A DNA stretch of 63,579 nucleotides, filler included, from Collodictyon triciliatum (lineage: Eukaryota), in assembly GCA_043381765.1 (NCBI GenBank). It is 4 parts of 3 records of this genome, joined end to end, with 100 filler letters (N's around TTAATTAATTAA, not from the genome) between each part and the next. Parts side by side here need not be neighbours in the genome. Positions count along the whole stretch, not along the records: positions 1 to 11,557 come from JBHJMP010000877.1; positions 11,658 to 35,599 come from JBHJMP010000877.1; 2 more parts are not named here. One strand, given 5' to 3'. The translations under genes were made by a program, and so were the position numbers. Below, piece after piece: positions 1-12,029 of the stretch. A model generated the notes under the pieces. That model worked only from the letters and a program-made list of their open reading frames with translations. It searched no databases and was not told the origin of the DNA. The first letter of the stretch is position 1. Each line of letters begins with the position of its first letter.

Positions 1-143
1 AATAAAATACAATAAAATACAATAAAATACAATAAAATACAATAAAATACAATAAAATACAATAAAATACAATAAAAATACAATAAAAATACAATAAAAT
101 ACAATAAAAATACAATAAAATACAATAAAGTGCAATAAAATAC
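1..143. repeat. (AATAAAATAC)n 10-bp tandem repeat
   Basis: Directly visible tandem array at the window start, with a few single-A slippage variants. Confidence 0.95.
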
Positions 144-865
144 AAAAAAAAACAAAAATTCAAATAAAACTACCTCGCTACACTTTGAATCGAATAAAGG
201 AAAAAATTCAAATAAAACTAATCGAAATAAACAAAATAATAACAAATCAGAAAAAATTATACTTATGCAGACACAGATTTTAAATATGTGCGCAAATCAC
301 ACAAGTTTTTGCCAGGTTTTGGATTTGCAAACCGAAATACTGCAATTGCGCACAGAATATATGGATTCGGTCCTGAGCTTTATGATTCTCTCTCTTATTT
401 TTTTTATCCCATAACCAACAATGAGGAAGAAAACCTTTGAATCGAGCAAAGAGGAAAAAACAAAGACGAGGAAAACAAAAAGGAAAGCCTGCTGCATCAT
501 ACCGCAAATAGAATGCAAATGTGGAAAATATAACATAACTTTTGGAACACGCACTCACCTCAACATCTGACGTTTGATCAGTGCAACCATTTCTCCTGTG
601 GCAGACAAAAGCAAGTGTCGCGCTCTCATTGATCCGGCTGTCATAAGAACTCACCTCTTCCCGTCAGCAGGATGGGTGACAAACCGACTGCAACAGAATT
701 ATGCTAAAGACACTCTTTTTTCTTTCATCGTTTTATCTTTTTTTCGTTTTTCATTATTCACTTGTTTGTTTTTATTTCTCTTTCTCTTTTTTTATTTTAT
801 TTTATTTTTTTATTTTTTAGAGATACTGAGTGTGTTTGGCCGCTTTATTCACTTCCCAATCATAG

Positions 866-3800
866 AAAACTTGTCCCCGATGCTGAGACAAGAAGACGAC
901 CGTCGCTCAGAGGGATCGAGAAGGTTTGTTGTTGAGGATTGTATTCCAGAGTTCAAATGTATACATATATTTGCTGAGCCATGAGCAGAGGCTGTCTTCT
1001 TTCTCTTTCTTCTCCTTCCTTTCGTGGTGTCCCAGCATGACAATTATATTATGCGATTGTTACCTCTCCAACATGTCGAATACCCCGTTGACTAATCCGT
1101 CCGTCTTTTCCTTCCATCATCGTATTTGTCCATTTTCTTAGTTCCTCCACTAGTGGGAGTCAGGTCTCTCGTACCCAAGTCATTCTCACCCAGCCGATAC
1201 ATCTTTACAAATAGTATGTCGCAACCTCTCCTCCAGCACATATAACATTATATATATTTATATCGAAATATAAACTCCGTTCAAATATTTAGAAACACAC
1301 TCTCTTTTCTTTTTACATGGTCATCAACACTCGATTTTTTTTCTCGTTGGATGACATAGTGATAGCGAAACAAACCAATTTGAAACTATCGGAAGTGCAT
1401 CGATCTCAGTTGCAAAGAAATCAAGTTCTGGGGGTTTGGTGATTCGAGATACAAGCGAGAGAATCATTACGTCTGCGGCGTTTCATTCAGAGTTCAAATA
1501 CAAGGTTGCTGCTTTTTAACGATTGATATATTGCATGATGTAATTCATTTGAATGCTATAGGTTACCATGGATTAGTGACTTATAAGAATAGTCCAATTA
1601 TATTCTTTTATACTGGAAACTAAAACGTTTGATATCATTATGCCTCGAAAACGCTCGATATGATGACTTTGTAATCAAGTGTGCCCCAAACAATTATGCG
1701 AATTTGATGGACGATAAATCTCAATCATGGTCTGTTCTCTTCGATTCCGAGGACAGTGCCATCCAAATTGCAAGCTCCATTGTTATGACACGAAACTTGC
1801 TGAGTGGGAAGCTACATTACATCGATTTTGTCTCTGGAAAGGGAAACGTATTATTTCTTTTCTTCTAGTTTCATATCATTATTTAAGCAACATGCTCGTG
1901 ACACACCTACAGATTCACTTGATATTTAAATTTGTTTGGATGACCTAACACGAAGAATTCTCGTCAATACAAGGCTTTAAAGTTTGGGGACTTCGTCTCA
2001 ATCACATACTCTGTGTGGACTGTTTTCAACGGCAAAAAAGAGACTTTGATAGAATCTAACACAGAGGGCAAAGAAAAGAAATTCAGAATTGGTGAAGGGG
2101 AAACCATGAAAGGTTTTTTTTTTATTATGTCTTCTTGATGATTCCTGAATTAGTTTGAATTAGTTTTTCTCCACCCATACAACAGTTTTATCATATATAG
2201 TTCATTAAAACAACTTAATTCCAGCTTTTAAAGTATGTTTACCGCAGATTATTATGTCATATTAAAACGTAATTTTTTTTTCTTCACCAGCAATCGAGGA
2301 TTCATGCTTGGGCGGCAAAAAGGGGACAAAAAGACTGGTGGCAATACCTCCAACACTCGGGGCCGGTGAAACGGGAATACCAGGACTTATCCCCCCAAAC
2401 ACAACCCTTTTTGCACAGGTTTTCTCCTTGTTGAAGTCATATACGCGAATGTCATTATTCATGTCTCTTCAGCATTCATATTAGTTTCTCATCATCTCAA
2501 ACATAAACATTTTATAGATCGATATTGTGAACACGAAAACAAGCTCAGAGATTACTCAACCAACACTTGATGCGCCTCATTTAGTACGTAATCGGTTATT
2601 CCCAGACACCAAGTTTCAAAAGAAAAAAAAACCATCTCATCGAATAAAGTTTCATATGGTTTCTAGGTTTTTTTTCTGAAAGGAAGTAAAAACCAAACAA
2701 AACTATTCAATTAAATCGTGTTTTTAGGTACAGAGTCAAGAGAGGAGCCAAACTCTTTCTCGACTTTCAAAACTAGGTTTTTTTTTTTTTATCATTACAC
2801 TATGCGATTGCATATATATACACACACGCAGTTTTTTTTAATTATACGCATTGATTTTCCCTTCAAGGACAAAAGCTTCCATACGGTTCTCCAAATGTAA
2901 TTTGAACTATTTTGACTAATAATCACCAGCCATTACTATGATTATGTTTTCAAACATAAACAATTGTATAAATAATACTGTATAAGGAGGGGCATTAATA
3001 AATAGCCTCAACCAAATTAGATTGCTGATGAGAAAATAATTCAAGCAACGCAGCAAATGCCTGTGCCGCCTCAAACACAAAATCCATATGTATATATTCC
3101 CTTTTAATGATAAAATAAATCTGCTTGATTAAGCATCTAATATAAACCTTTTCATCTAACATTTTTAATGAATATATAGTTTCAAAATCCACCGCATGCG
3201 TCAGTAAGTCTCCTTTTTCAATTCACATAAATGATGCTTTCCCTTTTTGTGAACTTTTTATCCTTTTTTCTACCTTACACAAAAAAGAATACATTTTGTT
3301 TGTAAACATTAATAAATCAGAATAAATCTACTTAACCCTGAGAATTTTTTCCTTTTTTTTTCTTAAAAAAATAATTAGTTTACACCGCCGATGGAACAAC
3401 AATTGTCATTGGTATACTCTTCTCATCAATCGATTCTTCCTCCACCAAACATCCCTGAAATGCAACAGTATCAGGTTAGGAAGGCTCAAATTAGAATGAG
3501 TTGGCTTGAGACATACATATGTTTGATAATTTTCTCTCTTACTCCTGATTATTTTCCAATCGAAGCGCGTCAATGTCAGATTACGTACACTTAAATAGAT
3601 GAAAATTGTAATAGAAGAGTAAAAAGAGTCTAAGCAAGATATAAATTCATAGACATTATCTCATGCTATGGGTCAAAGCCAAAATTCGGTGTATCAATCA
3701 ATCTCTGAAACACCACAAACAGTAAAACAGCCAACAACCTCATCATTTGTAATTACAATTACCGTACTCGTGTGAATCAAAAAAATCATTTTTCAAATAT

Positions 3801-6800
3801 TTTTAATCCATATGCGAATTGTAAGTTTGAAGTCAATAAAGAATATGAATGACTTGTCACAGCTTGAACAGACGCAAGCACTGACCAAGGTTGGTAGCGA
3901 AACAGTCGACTCTTCGAGTCACGTAACTGCCACAGTGACCGAAACAAAAGTAATAGTGAAAACAATATCGCACAGGCTGGAAGAGGTAATGTTCTATTAC
4001 TATTGATTTTCTTGACTACCATCCCATATATATTTCTTACTTTACTGATAATATTTTTTATTTATTAATCGGGAAATTCATATAGATGAATATGAAGCTC
4101 GACCACAGCATCGCACAAAATCGAGGCATGATAAACTTATTCTCTCATAAATGACTAATTTTTTCCATTTTACGATCGAGGTGAAAACCAATCAAAATCA
4201 TTCTATTCTCTAATCAATTAATCAGAATTCTATTGTTTTCTGGAACCCGATATCACTTTTATACATGAATGGTTTCTGTAACATAAACACCATAATTCAT
4301 TACTCCTTTGTACTCCTAGCTGTTTATGGTGAGCGTATGTCTGGAAATGCATTACTCCAGGCTTTGACAAGAATTATTCAAGAAAACGAATCTCTCAAAT
4401 CTGAAAACTCTGATAACATGGCAAAAATTGAAGATTTGGAGAATGAACTACAGTCGATAAGCGAAAAAAATCAAAAGTAAATACTATGTTTTAAAAAAAA
4501 TTCAAGTTCATGATTGAAATGGCTATATATTCTATATTGATGAAAATTTCATGAATTATCATCCACATCTTTTCATTTCATTCTTTTATAAATCAATATG
4601 TTTTACTACTGCGTTTTTTTTTAATATATAAAGTATCAATTAAGACAAAAAAAACATTATTAACGTCGGCATGAATCAGGGTTCTTATGGAGAGCAACCG
4701 TATCATGGAGCAGCGGACAGATTCGCTGCTTTCGTCATCAGGACACACAATGTCCCAAATTATCGAATTACAGCAACTAAAGCTGCGTCTAGAGAGCGAA
4801 ATGACAGAATCTGCTATTCAGGTGAGCTAGATTCAGATGTCAATTACCCTCTGTCGTAGGTCAAAAGGATTAATGCTTCATGGCAGTTGTCTCTGTAATA
4901 TTTCTACTTTCCTCTTGTGCATTCACAAAAGCTTTTTTTTTTATTTAGCTTGCTAATGTCCGAAGAGACTTTGCTATGAGCCAGAAGGAAAACCTTGAGC
5001 TAAAAAATTTGACCTCTCAACTCCAGGTTCTTTTCATTTTCCTCCGTTTTTTATTTGGTCCACACTGTTTATCACATCCTTAATTTCAACCTAATTTCGT
5101 AAATTCTAACGAAGCCAACGATTCATTCACTGTGCGGTTAAACAGGATAAACTTGCAGCATCCCAATCAGATATCGAGTCACTTCATGAAGATCTTGCCT
5201 CGGAGAAGATTCGATGCACAGAGGCCAACAGGGCAGCAAAAGAAGGTCTTCTGATAGAAAATGGAGGAAAAAAAAACAGAAAAAAAAAAGACATATAAAG
5301 GGATCGCTCTTTGCGTATTACATATATCAAATTTGGTTGTTTAATTGATCTCTTCTGGCCATATCTAACTATGCTTATAAATACACTTAATGCATCGCAG
5401 CCAAACAAGACATGAGAATATCTGACGAAAAGGCCAGAGCTCTTCAGGTACCACTTATCAAAATTTGTGTATTAGTTGAGACCAAATCTAAACCCAAGCC
5501 TACAGGAAGAATTGGGTGATGAAAAGCAGGCCTATGAGCGTCTTCAAAGTATGATGGACGAAAAGCGAAGGAAGGTGGAGACTGAATTCGCTCGGGCAAA
5601 ACAGGTTATTTAATACAATGAACTTATTTTGAAGTATCATTTGTGAATCAATTTTGATTTTTTTTTTAACGTGATCCATCATAGGTTTTCGAATCTGATA
5701 AAAAGCAGTTAAATGAAGAATTAGAGATTTTGCGTGAGACCTTAAAGAAAGAACGGTATTTCGTCATTCCTACTCCTCATATAAAGATATCTTTAACAAT
5801 TGTGCAGGTTACCACGTTGTCGCTTGGGCGATATCGTCGCATATATGTTTCCACATTTTTTTAAATGAATCATGAAAACTGAATTTACCCCTCTTTATAT
5901 TAGGGAATCCTTCACCGATGCTTTGAAACAACAGGCAACGAGAATTGAAAAAGACATGGAGGGAAAGTGGCTCGTAGCCGTGCAGCAAGCCGAGGTTAGC
6001 CGATTTATATTTCAAAAATTATTTCAATAGCTCAAAAATGCAAACGAAGTCTGTCTCTTTTTTCTTTCTTGACGGGTAACTATAAAGATTTATATACAAA
6101 AATATGTGCTTATTAGTCTTTTTTTTTCTGACCAGGCTCGAGGAGAGAGAACTGGCTTCAGTAAGGCTAAAGAGGAATTTGATGCCGATAAACCTAATGT
6201 AGAGAAGAGTGGTTATGCGAAGGGTTACAAAGATGCTTTTGATGATAAAGAAAAGCAGGCACTTTTTTTTTTAAAAAAAAAAAAACGAAAAATTTACGCG
6301 GCATAAAATCATTTCAACTATTATCACTGCCATTTTTTTTTATCATAGAGTGGTTTTAGGCTATGCAAAAGACTGACTACATAATATTCTATAAACTTAA
6401 AATTAGGTCCGAATCGGTTACGAGAACGGATTCAAATCTGGACGTGACTCTGGACTTGCAGTGGCAGATGAAATGCAAAAAGCGGCGTATGACCGTGGAA
6501 AGCTGGAAGGATTTACCTCTCGTGACCAAGAGGTGAAGGAAACATTCTTGCGAGGTCAGGATTTTGGAAAGCAAGAAGCAACAGCCGCCCTTAAACGAGC
6601 CAAGGATGAATTTGAGGAAAAGTACATAATTAGAAACGGACTAATATTGCGATTTTTATAACAACGTAGCTAACTGTTTTTCATTCCCTGACTTTCTGAT
6701 ATATATTAATATTTGCGTTCTTTGAATCGAATAAAGAAAAAATATTATTATTTGTGTTCATTAAACTACTCGATTGGCGTACAGATCGTCCATAATGACG

Positions 6801-9800
6801 GCCCAATTGCAGGATGTACAAGTGCGCTCTAAGAGCATTGAAGACCTGCTCACATCACGAACTCTCGAATTCGGAAAAGAAAAAGAAGAGCTAATTTCTC
6901 TCTACACATCACAGCTCACACAAGTAACAGGTGAAAAAGAAAAACTTATTCAGGGGAACAAGGCAAGAGTCGAGCAAATTCTCAAGGAAAACAAACTGCA
7001 GCTTGTGGCAGAGTTAAAAACAGTATGCCTCTAGAATTGTTTACTTCTCTTCCTATTTTTTGATTTACTCTTGATATTTTTAATAAACATATTGTGTATC
7101 CTTTCAGTATTATAATAGCAATTTGGTGTAACATTACTTATTCACCAGATTATGAATGGAATTTTCAGAGAATTGAAGGCAAAGTTTGATGAGAATCAAG
7201 CTTACAAAGGAGATCGTGTGCAGTTGAGGGTATTTTAACATTTAGATGACTCTTTATATTATTCAACCAAAATCAAGATTACATTTTAAAAGCCTTTAAA
7301 TATTCTTGAATAAAACCTTTGTCTTAGATTCGCAATGTTCTCATGAATTCTACTCTCCAAGTGATATCAAACATCGAGGGAACTGAATTTGAATCCAGAC
7401 CTGAAGAGGTATGAATTAATATTTGATTTTTATGAAATATAAATCACCAACTTAATTCTAAATAATTAGGATTTCGAAGAGGATGACTATTTGATTCTTA
7501 CAAGAGAGGAGTTAGAATCTAGGATTGAAGCCTCTATCCCTAAAATTATCTCTGAATCAAAAGAAGTACACGCATTCATCGATATTTCCCACGCAGAGAT
7601 ACAAACTGATAATGCTGCGCCAGAACTAAACCAAGAGACTGATACCAGTCCAGTGTCAAGAGCCTTCATCGTTCCTCTTGCTCAATTCGAAATCGGTAAC
7701 CAGGACACCTATGACTCACAATTACAACAATACAACGCCAGTGCATCTGGAATTTACCTAAAGTCAACAACTGAAGCACCCAAGCAGGGTCCAGTCGCTC
7801 ATGTGGAGGTATGTGTACCTGATTTAGATTATCAAAATCAAAGCTACAGTAAAATCGAAACAAGCATACTGGAAGAGTCTGTTGGCACGATAGAAACACA
7901 TGAGCATTGTGAGGCTACTGTGGCTGAGTCTAAATATACCAAAACGAAGATTTTAGATAGCGAAATATTTACTGAAGTGAACAGTAGTAAAGTCCACGAA
8001 TCGATAAATGAAAAACTTCAGCAAACAGAAGGTGATTTCGGAGAAAGAGATCAGAGTTCTAGCCAAACATATAATGAGACAGAAACTCATCCAGTCTTCG
8101 AGAAGTTAACTTCAGAGGTATTGGAGGAAAATCAACAGGCTGTTCTTACCGAAGCTCAGCCCCTGGTAGAAGAAGTCCAAAAATCTGATGAGATTGAGGC
8201 GCTTCAGACTGATGTGCAAATGGAAAATCAAGAGGTATTGGAGGAAAACCAACAGGCCGCTCTTACCGAAGCTCAGCCCCTGGTAGAAGAGGAAGCCCAA
8301 AAATCTGATGAGATTGAGGCACTTCAGACTGATGAGCAAATGGAAAATCAAGAGGTATTGGAGGAAAACCAACAGGCCGCTCTTACCGAAGCTCAACCCC
8401 TGATAGAAGAGGAAGTCCAAAAATCTGATGAGATTGAGGCACTTCAGACTGATGAACAAATGGAAAATCAAGGATTAGACGAAAACCAACAGGCCGCTCT
8501 TACCGAAGCTCAGCCCCTGGTAGAAGAGGAAGCCCAAAAAGCTAATGAGATTGAGGTACTCCAAAATGATAATGAGGGGGAAATGAAAGAAATTGCGAAA
8601 GGAAATGAAGGAGCACCTGAGGATGATTCGCAGGGCGTGAATCATGAACTTGGAGTCGATGCTTCAACAAATACTCCAGAGAGGATATTCAAGGCTCAAG
8701 GAATTGATGAAACTGGAGTAGATAATACTTCTGGACTCAAAGTCGAAGCCAACCAAATCGATTGCGAGGCAGTTTTATCAAAAAGTGGAGAAAGTTCACA
8801 AGAAGCGACCGAAATGTCTCAAGAGTTGCAACGTTCTGACATTTCAGTGACCAACACTGACAAGTTTGAAATAGGAAGTGTCGAAGAAAAGAAGAATGAA
8901 TACAAGGCAAGTGAGACGAAGACGACTACTGAAGAAGTTGTTCGAGTAGCCCAAGAAACGAAGATAATCGAAACCCCTGAGAAAGATGCACAAGGTAAAC
9001 AGGACATAGGTGCTAATATGGCATCAGAAAACATTAAGCCAGATGCTGAGATGTCTGATGAAGAAAATGATGGTGAAGCAGGCGCCAAAGCGGAACTTGA
9101 ATCACAAATACCAGCTGAGAATGTGGCAAGTTCATCCCAAACCAAGAAGAAAAGAAAGAAGGGGAAGAAAAAGTCCAAGAATAAAGTAGCTTCTGTGCCT
9201 TCAGTGACAAATATCGCAAGCTATCAAAACCTGTCGAAGGAAAAACATGCCAACACAACAAACATGCCCCCGCAGACGCAAGGTTCTCCAAAGTCAGAAC
9301 TAAAGGAATCTTCAATTCTAACAGCTGAATCGCCTGCTCTGAAAGAAAAAATAGATACCGGACATTCGTCTGGAAGAATGAAGCCAGTCGCTGAACCAGT
9401 CGTTGAGAAGATTGTTGAGCCAGTTGCTGAGCCAGTCGATGAGAAGGTTGTTGAGCCGGTCGATGAGAAGGTTGTTGAACCAGTTATTGAATCAGTTGCT
9501 GAACCAGTTGTTAAACCTGTTATTGAACCAGTTGTTGAGCCAGTCGTTGAGCCAGTCGTTGGGCCAGTCGATGAGAAGGTTGTTGAGCCAGTTATTGAGC
9601 CAGTTATTGAGCCAGTTGTTGAGCCAGTTGTTGAACCAGTCGTTGAACCAGTTATTGAACCAGTTATTGAGCCAGTTGTTGAGCCAGTTGTTGAACCAGT
9701 TGTTGAACCTGTTGTTGAACCAGTTATTGAACCAGTTGTTGAGCCAGTTGCTGAGCCAGTCGATGAGAAGGTTGTTGAGCCAGTTGTTGAGCCAGTCATT

Positions 9801-11557
9801 GAATCAGTTGTTGAGCCAGTTGTTGAACCTGTTGTTGAACCAGTCATTGAACCAGCTGTTGAGCCAGTTGTTGAGCCAGTTGTTGAGCCAGTTGTCGAAC
9901 CAGTTATTGAGAAGGTTGTTGAGCCAGTTGTTGAGCCAGTTGTTGAGCCAGTTGTTGAACCAGTTATTGAGAAGGTTGTTGAACCTGTTATTGAGCCAGT
10001 TGTTGAACCAGTTATTGAACCAGTTGTTGAGAAGGTTGTTGAGCCAGTTATTGAACCAGTTGTTGAGCCAGTTGTTGAGCCAGTTGTTGAGCCAGTTATT
10101 GAACCAGTCGTTGAACCAGTTATTGAGCCAGTTGTTGAACCAGTTATTGAACCAGTTGTTGAACCAGTTGTCGAACCTGTTGTTGAACCAGTCATTGAAC
10201 CAGTTGTTGAGCCAGTTATTGAACCAGTTGTTGAGAAGGTTGTTGAGCCAGTTATTGAACCAGTTGTTGAGCCAGTTGTTGAGCCAGTTGTTGAGCCAGT
10301 TGTTGAGCCAGTTGTTGAGCCAGTCATTGAACCAGTCATTGAACCAGTCATTGAACCAGTTGTTGAACCTTCTGTTGAACCAGTCGTTGAACGCGCTGAT
10401 GTACTTAGTTCTCAAAAAGGTAAGTCTTACTGTAAAGCACATAATAGTAACAAATTAATGAATAGATAATAGTATAATGGTAACAATCATAATGATTTTT
10501 TTTTTATTGATCCTTTCAATTTGTACGAGATGGCGGGGATGTTGACTTTGGTTCTCTAACCATATAAATTAAGAATAAGAATGAATAATGATAATCATAA
10601 TAATCATAATAATCATAATAATCATAATAATCATAATAATCATAATAATCATAATAATCATAATAATCATAATAATCATAATAATCATAATAATCATAAT
10701 AATAAAAGAACATACTTTTTTATCTTCTCTTCTCCCTTTCCCTTTTCTCTTGTTTGTGATGGTTGTGATTCAGTTGATTGAGTTGGTACCGCCTGACCAT
10801 AATAAAAATCAGGACAAAGTCTTTGTATAACTCCAATCTCATAATTTTTGAAAGAACTGCTTAATACAATCACAGAACACACCTTCGCACCGCCTCAAGA
10901 GAATTTCGATGTGAAGTCATCGTTTGGAGCCAAAGCACGGGGCCCGATATTTGGCGATGGAGCCGATGAGCTCAAAAAGTCCACAAAATCCAAAACCTCT
11001 CTTTTTGATAGCGACGACGAAGGAGACATTCTTGCTCCAAAGAAACCTTCATTCCCTCCAGTAGCACCGCAGAAGTCTCCGGCAAGCAATACACCAGCAA
11101 TAGTTGCTTTGGCCACACCATCCAGCCAAGCGAAAACCCCCACCTCTGTCCCTTTGTTTGGAGATAGTGAAGATGAAGACGATACCATCTTTCCGAAAAT
11201 CCCTATAGCAGCAAAGCCTGCGTCAAATTCTGCCGCCAAACCAACAGACGTGAAGCCAGCACAGGCTGCAGCAATTTCACAAAAAGCACCTTTATTTGAC
11301 GAAGAAGACGATGAATTATTCAAACCAGTCGGAGCAAAGGTGCAACATAATGCGGCTCCATCTTTACCCTCAAAAGCAAAAGTGTCCCTCTTTGACAGCG
11401 ATGGCTCTGGCGATGATATATTTGTCCCACCAAAGGTATCAACCACGGCCACAACAAACGCTGTAGAGCCCAAAGCTGCAATCACCAGCAAACCTACATC
11501 GTCAGGACCGAGCAAACTTACAAGCAGTACGGGCACAGTTGGTAAATCTCCGTTGTT
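866..11557 (+). CDS. FKBP15: FKBP15/WAFL-like protein, multi-exon; 5' start uncertain, 3' end runs into a gap
   Basis: Spliced exons follow the FKBP15 domain order. PH/WH1-like part: VILTQPIHLYK (1142-1213) and PNNYANLMDDKSQSWSVLFDSEDSA (~1680-1760). FKBP domain: GDFVSITYSVW...FRIGEGETMK / IEDSCLGGKKGTKRLVAIPPTLGAG (~1975-2418). Coiled coil: LLQALTRIIQENESLK...KIEDL. Then KTIMNGIFRELKAKF...Y (~7010-7230), a large repeat exon (7470-10419) and an LF-acidic exon (10876-11557) joined in frame via G|GT...CAG|AA. Confidence 0.8.
8115..8570 (+). repeat. Coding tandem repeat of 117-120 bp (39-40 aa, EVLEENQQAALTEAQPLVEEEAQKSDEIEALQTDEQMENQ), about 3.7 copies
   Basis: Near-identical DNA copies visible inside the 7491..10469 ORF. 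Confidence 0.95.
9384..10392 (+). repeat. Coding 12-bp minisatellite encoding (EPV[V/I])n, about 80 units
   Basis: GAGCCAGTTGTT/GAACCAGTTATT variants, with occasional EKVV units. Confidence 0.97.
10590..10703. repeat. (AATCATAAT)n intronic microsatellite
   Basis: Direct inspection; lies in intron 10420-10875. Confidence 0.95.
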
Positions 11558-11657
11558 NNNNNNNNNNNNNNNNNNNNNNNNNNNNNNNNNNNNNNNNNNN
11601 NTTAATTAATTAANNNNNNNNNNNNNNNNNNNNNNNNNNNNNNNNNNNNNNNNNNNN
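11558..11657. other. Artificial scaffold-joining spacer (N44-TTAATTAATTAA-N44)
   Basis: TTAATTAATTAA gives stops in all six frames; the identical 100-bp construct occurs three times in the window. Confidence 0.95.
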
Positions 11658-12029
11658 CTCCATCAGAGTTAACATTTGAAGGAAACGTCCACGCTTTGCA
11701 AATCTTTGATCAAAACCAGGAAAAGCCGAAAGGGTTTGAAAACAAGTCTCTTTAGTCTCTGTTTTTTCATATATTTCGTTCACAGCTGGTTAAAATCCAG
11801 CCAATTTCTTCCTATCTGCATTATCCAAGCATTATCAATGCCCATACCCGCTGCTACCCATATTTTGTGAATATATATAAAGCGCACACTCATATCCGCA
11901 TAATGTTGATTTATTCTGCCTCCCTCTTCTTTTTTCCCTATTTTTTTTGTATGTGTGTGTCGGATATGAAAATGCATAACATACGGAGACAAAGAGTGGA
12001 ATATTTAATGCTTGAAACAAACTAGAGAC

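Noticed and set aside
9384-10392. CRISPR-like array
   Set aside because: Contiguous 12-bp units without unique spacers, in a eukaryotic coding exon, with no cas genes.
9224-10458. Long alternative-frame and antisense ORFs (TGST-, LLSQ- and NNW-repeat proteins)
   Set aside because: By-products of the stop-free 12-bp minisatellite; only the EPVV frame connects to the flanking exons.
10516-10830. Poly-I, NNH and YYD ORFs (similar ones at 15657, 23950, 27363, 32219 and 35197)
   Set aside because: Translations of intronic or intergenic microsatellites.
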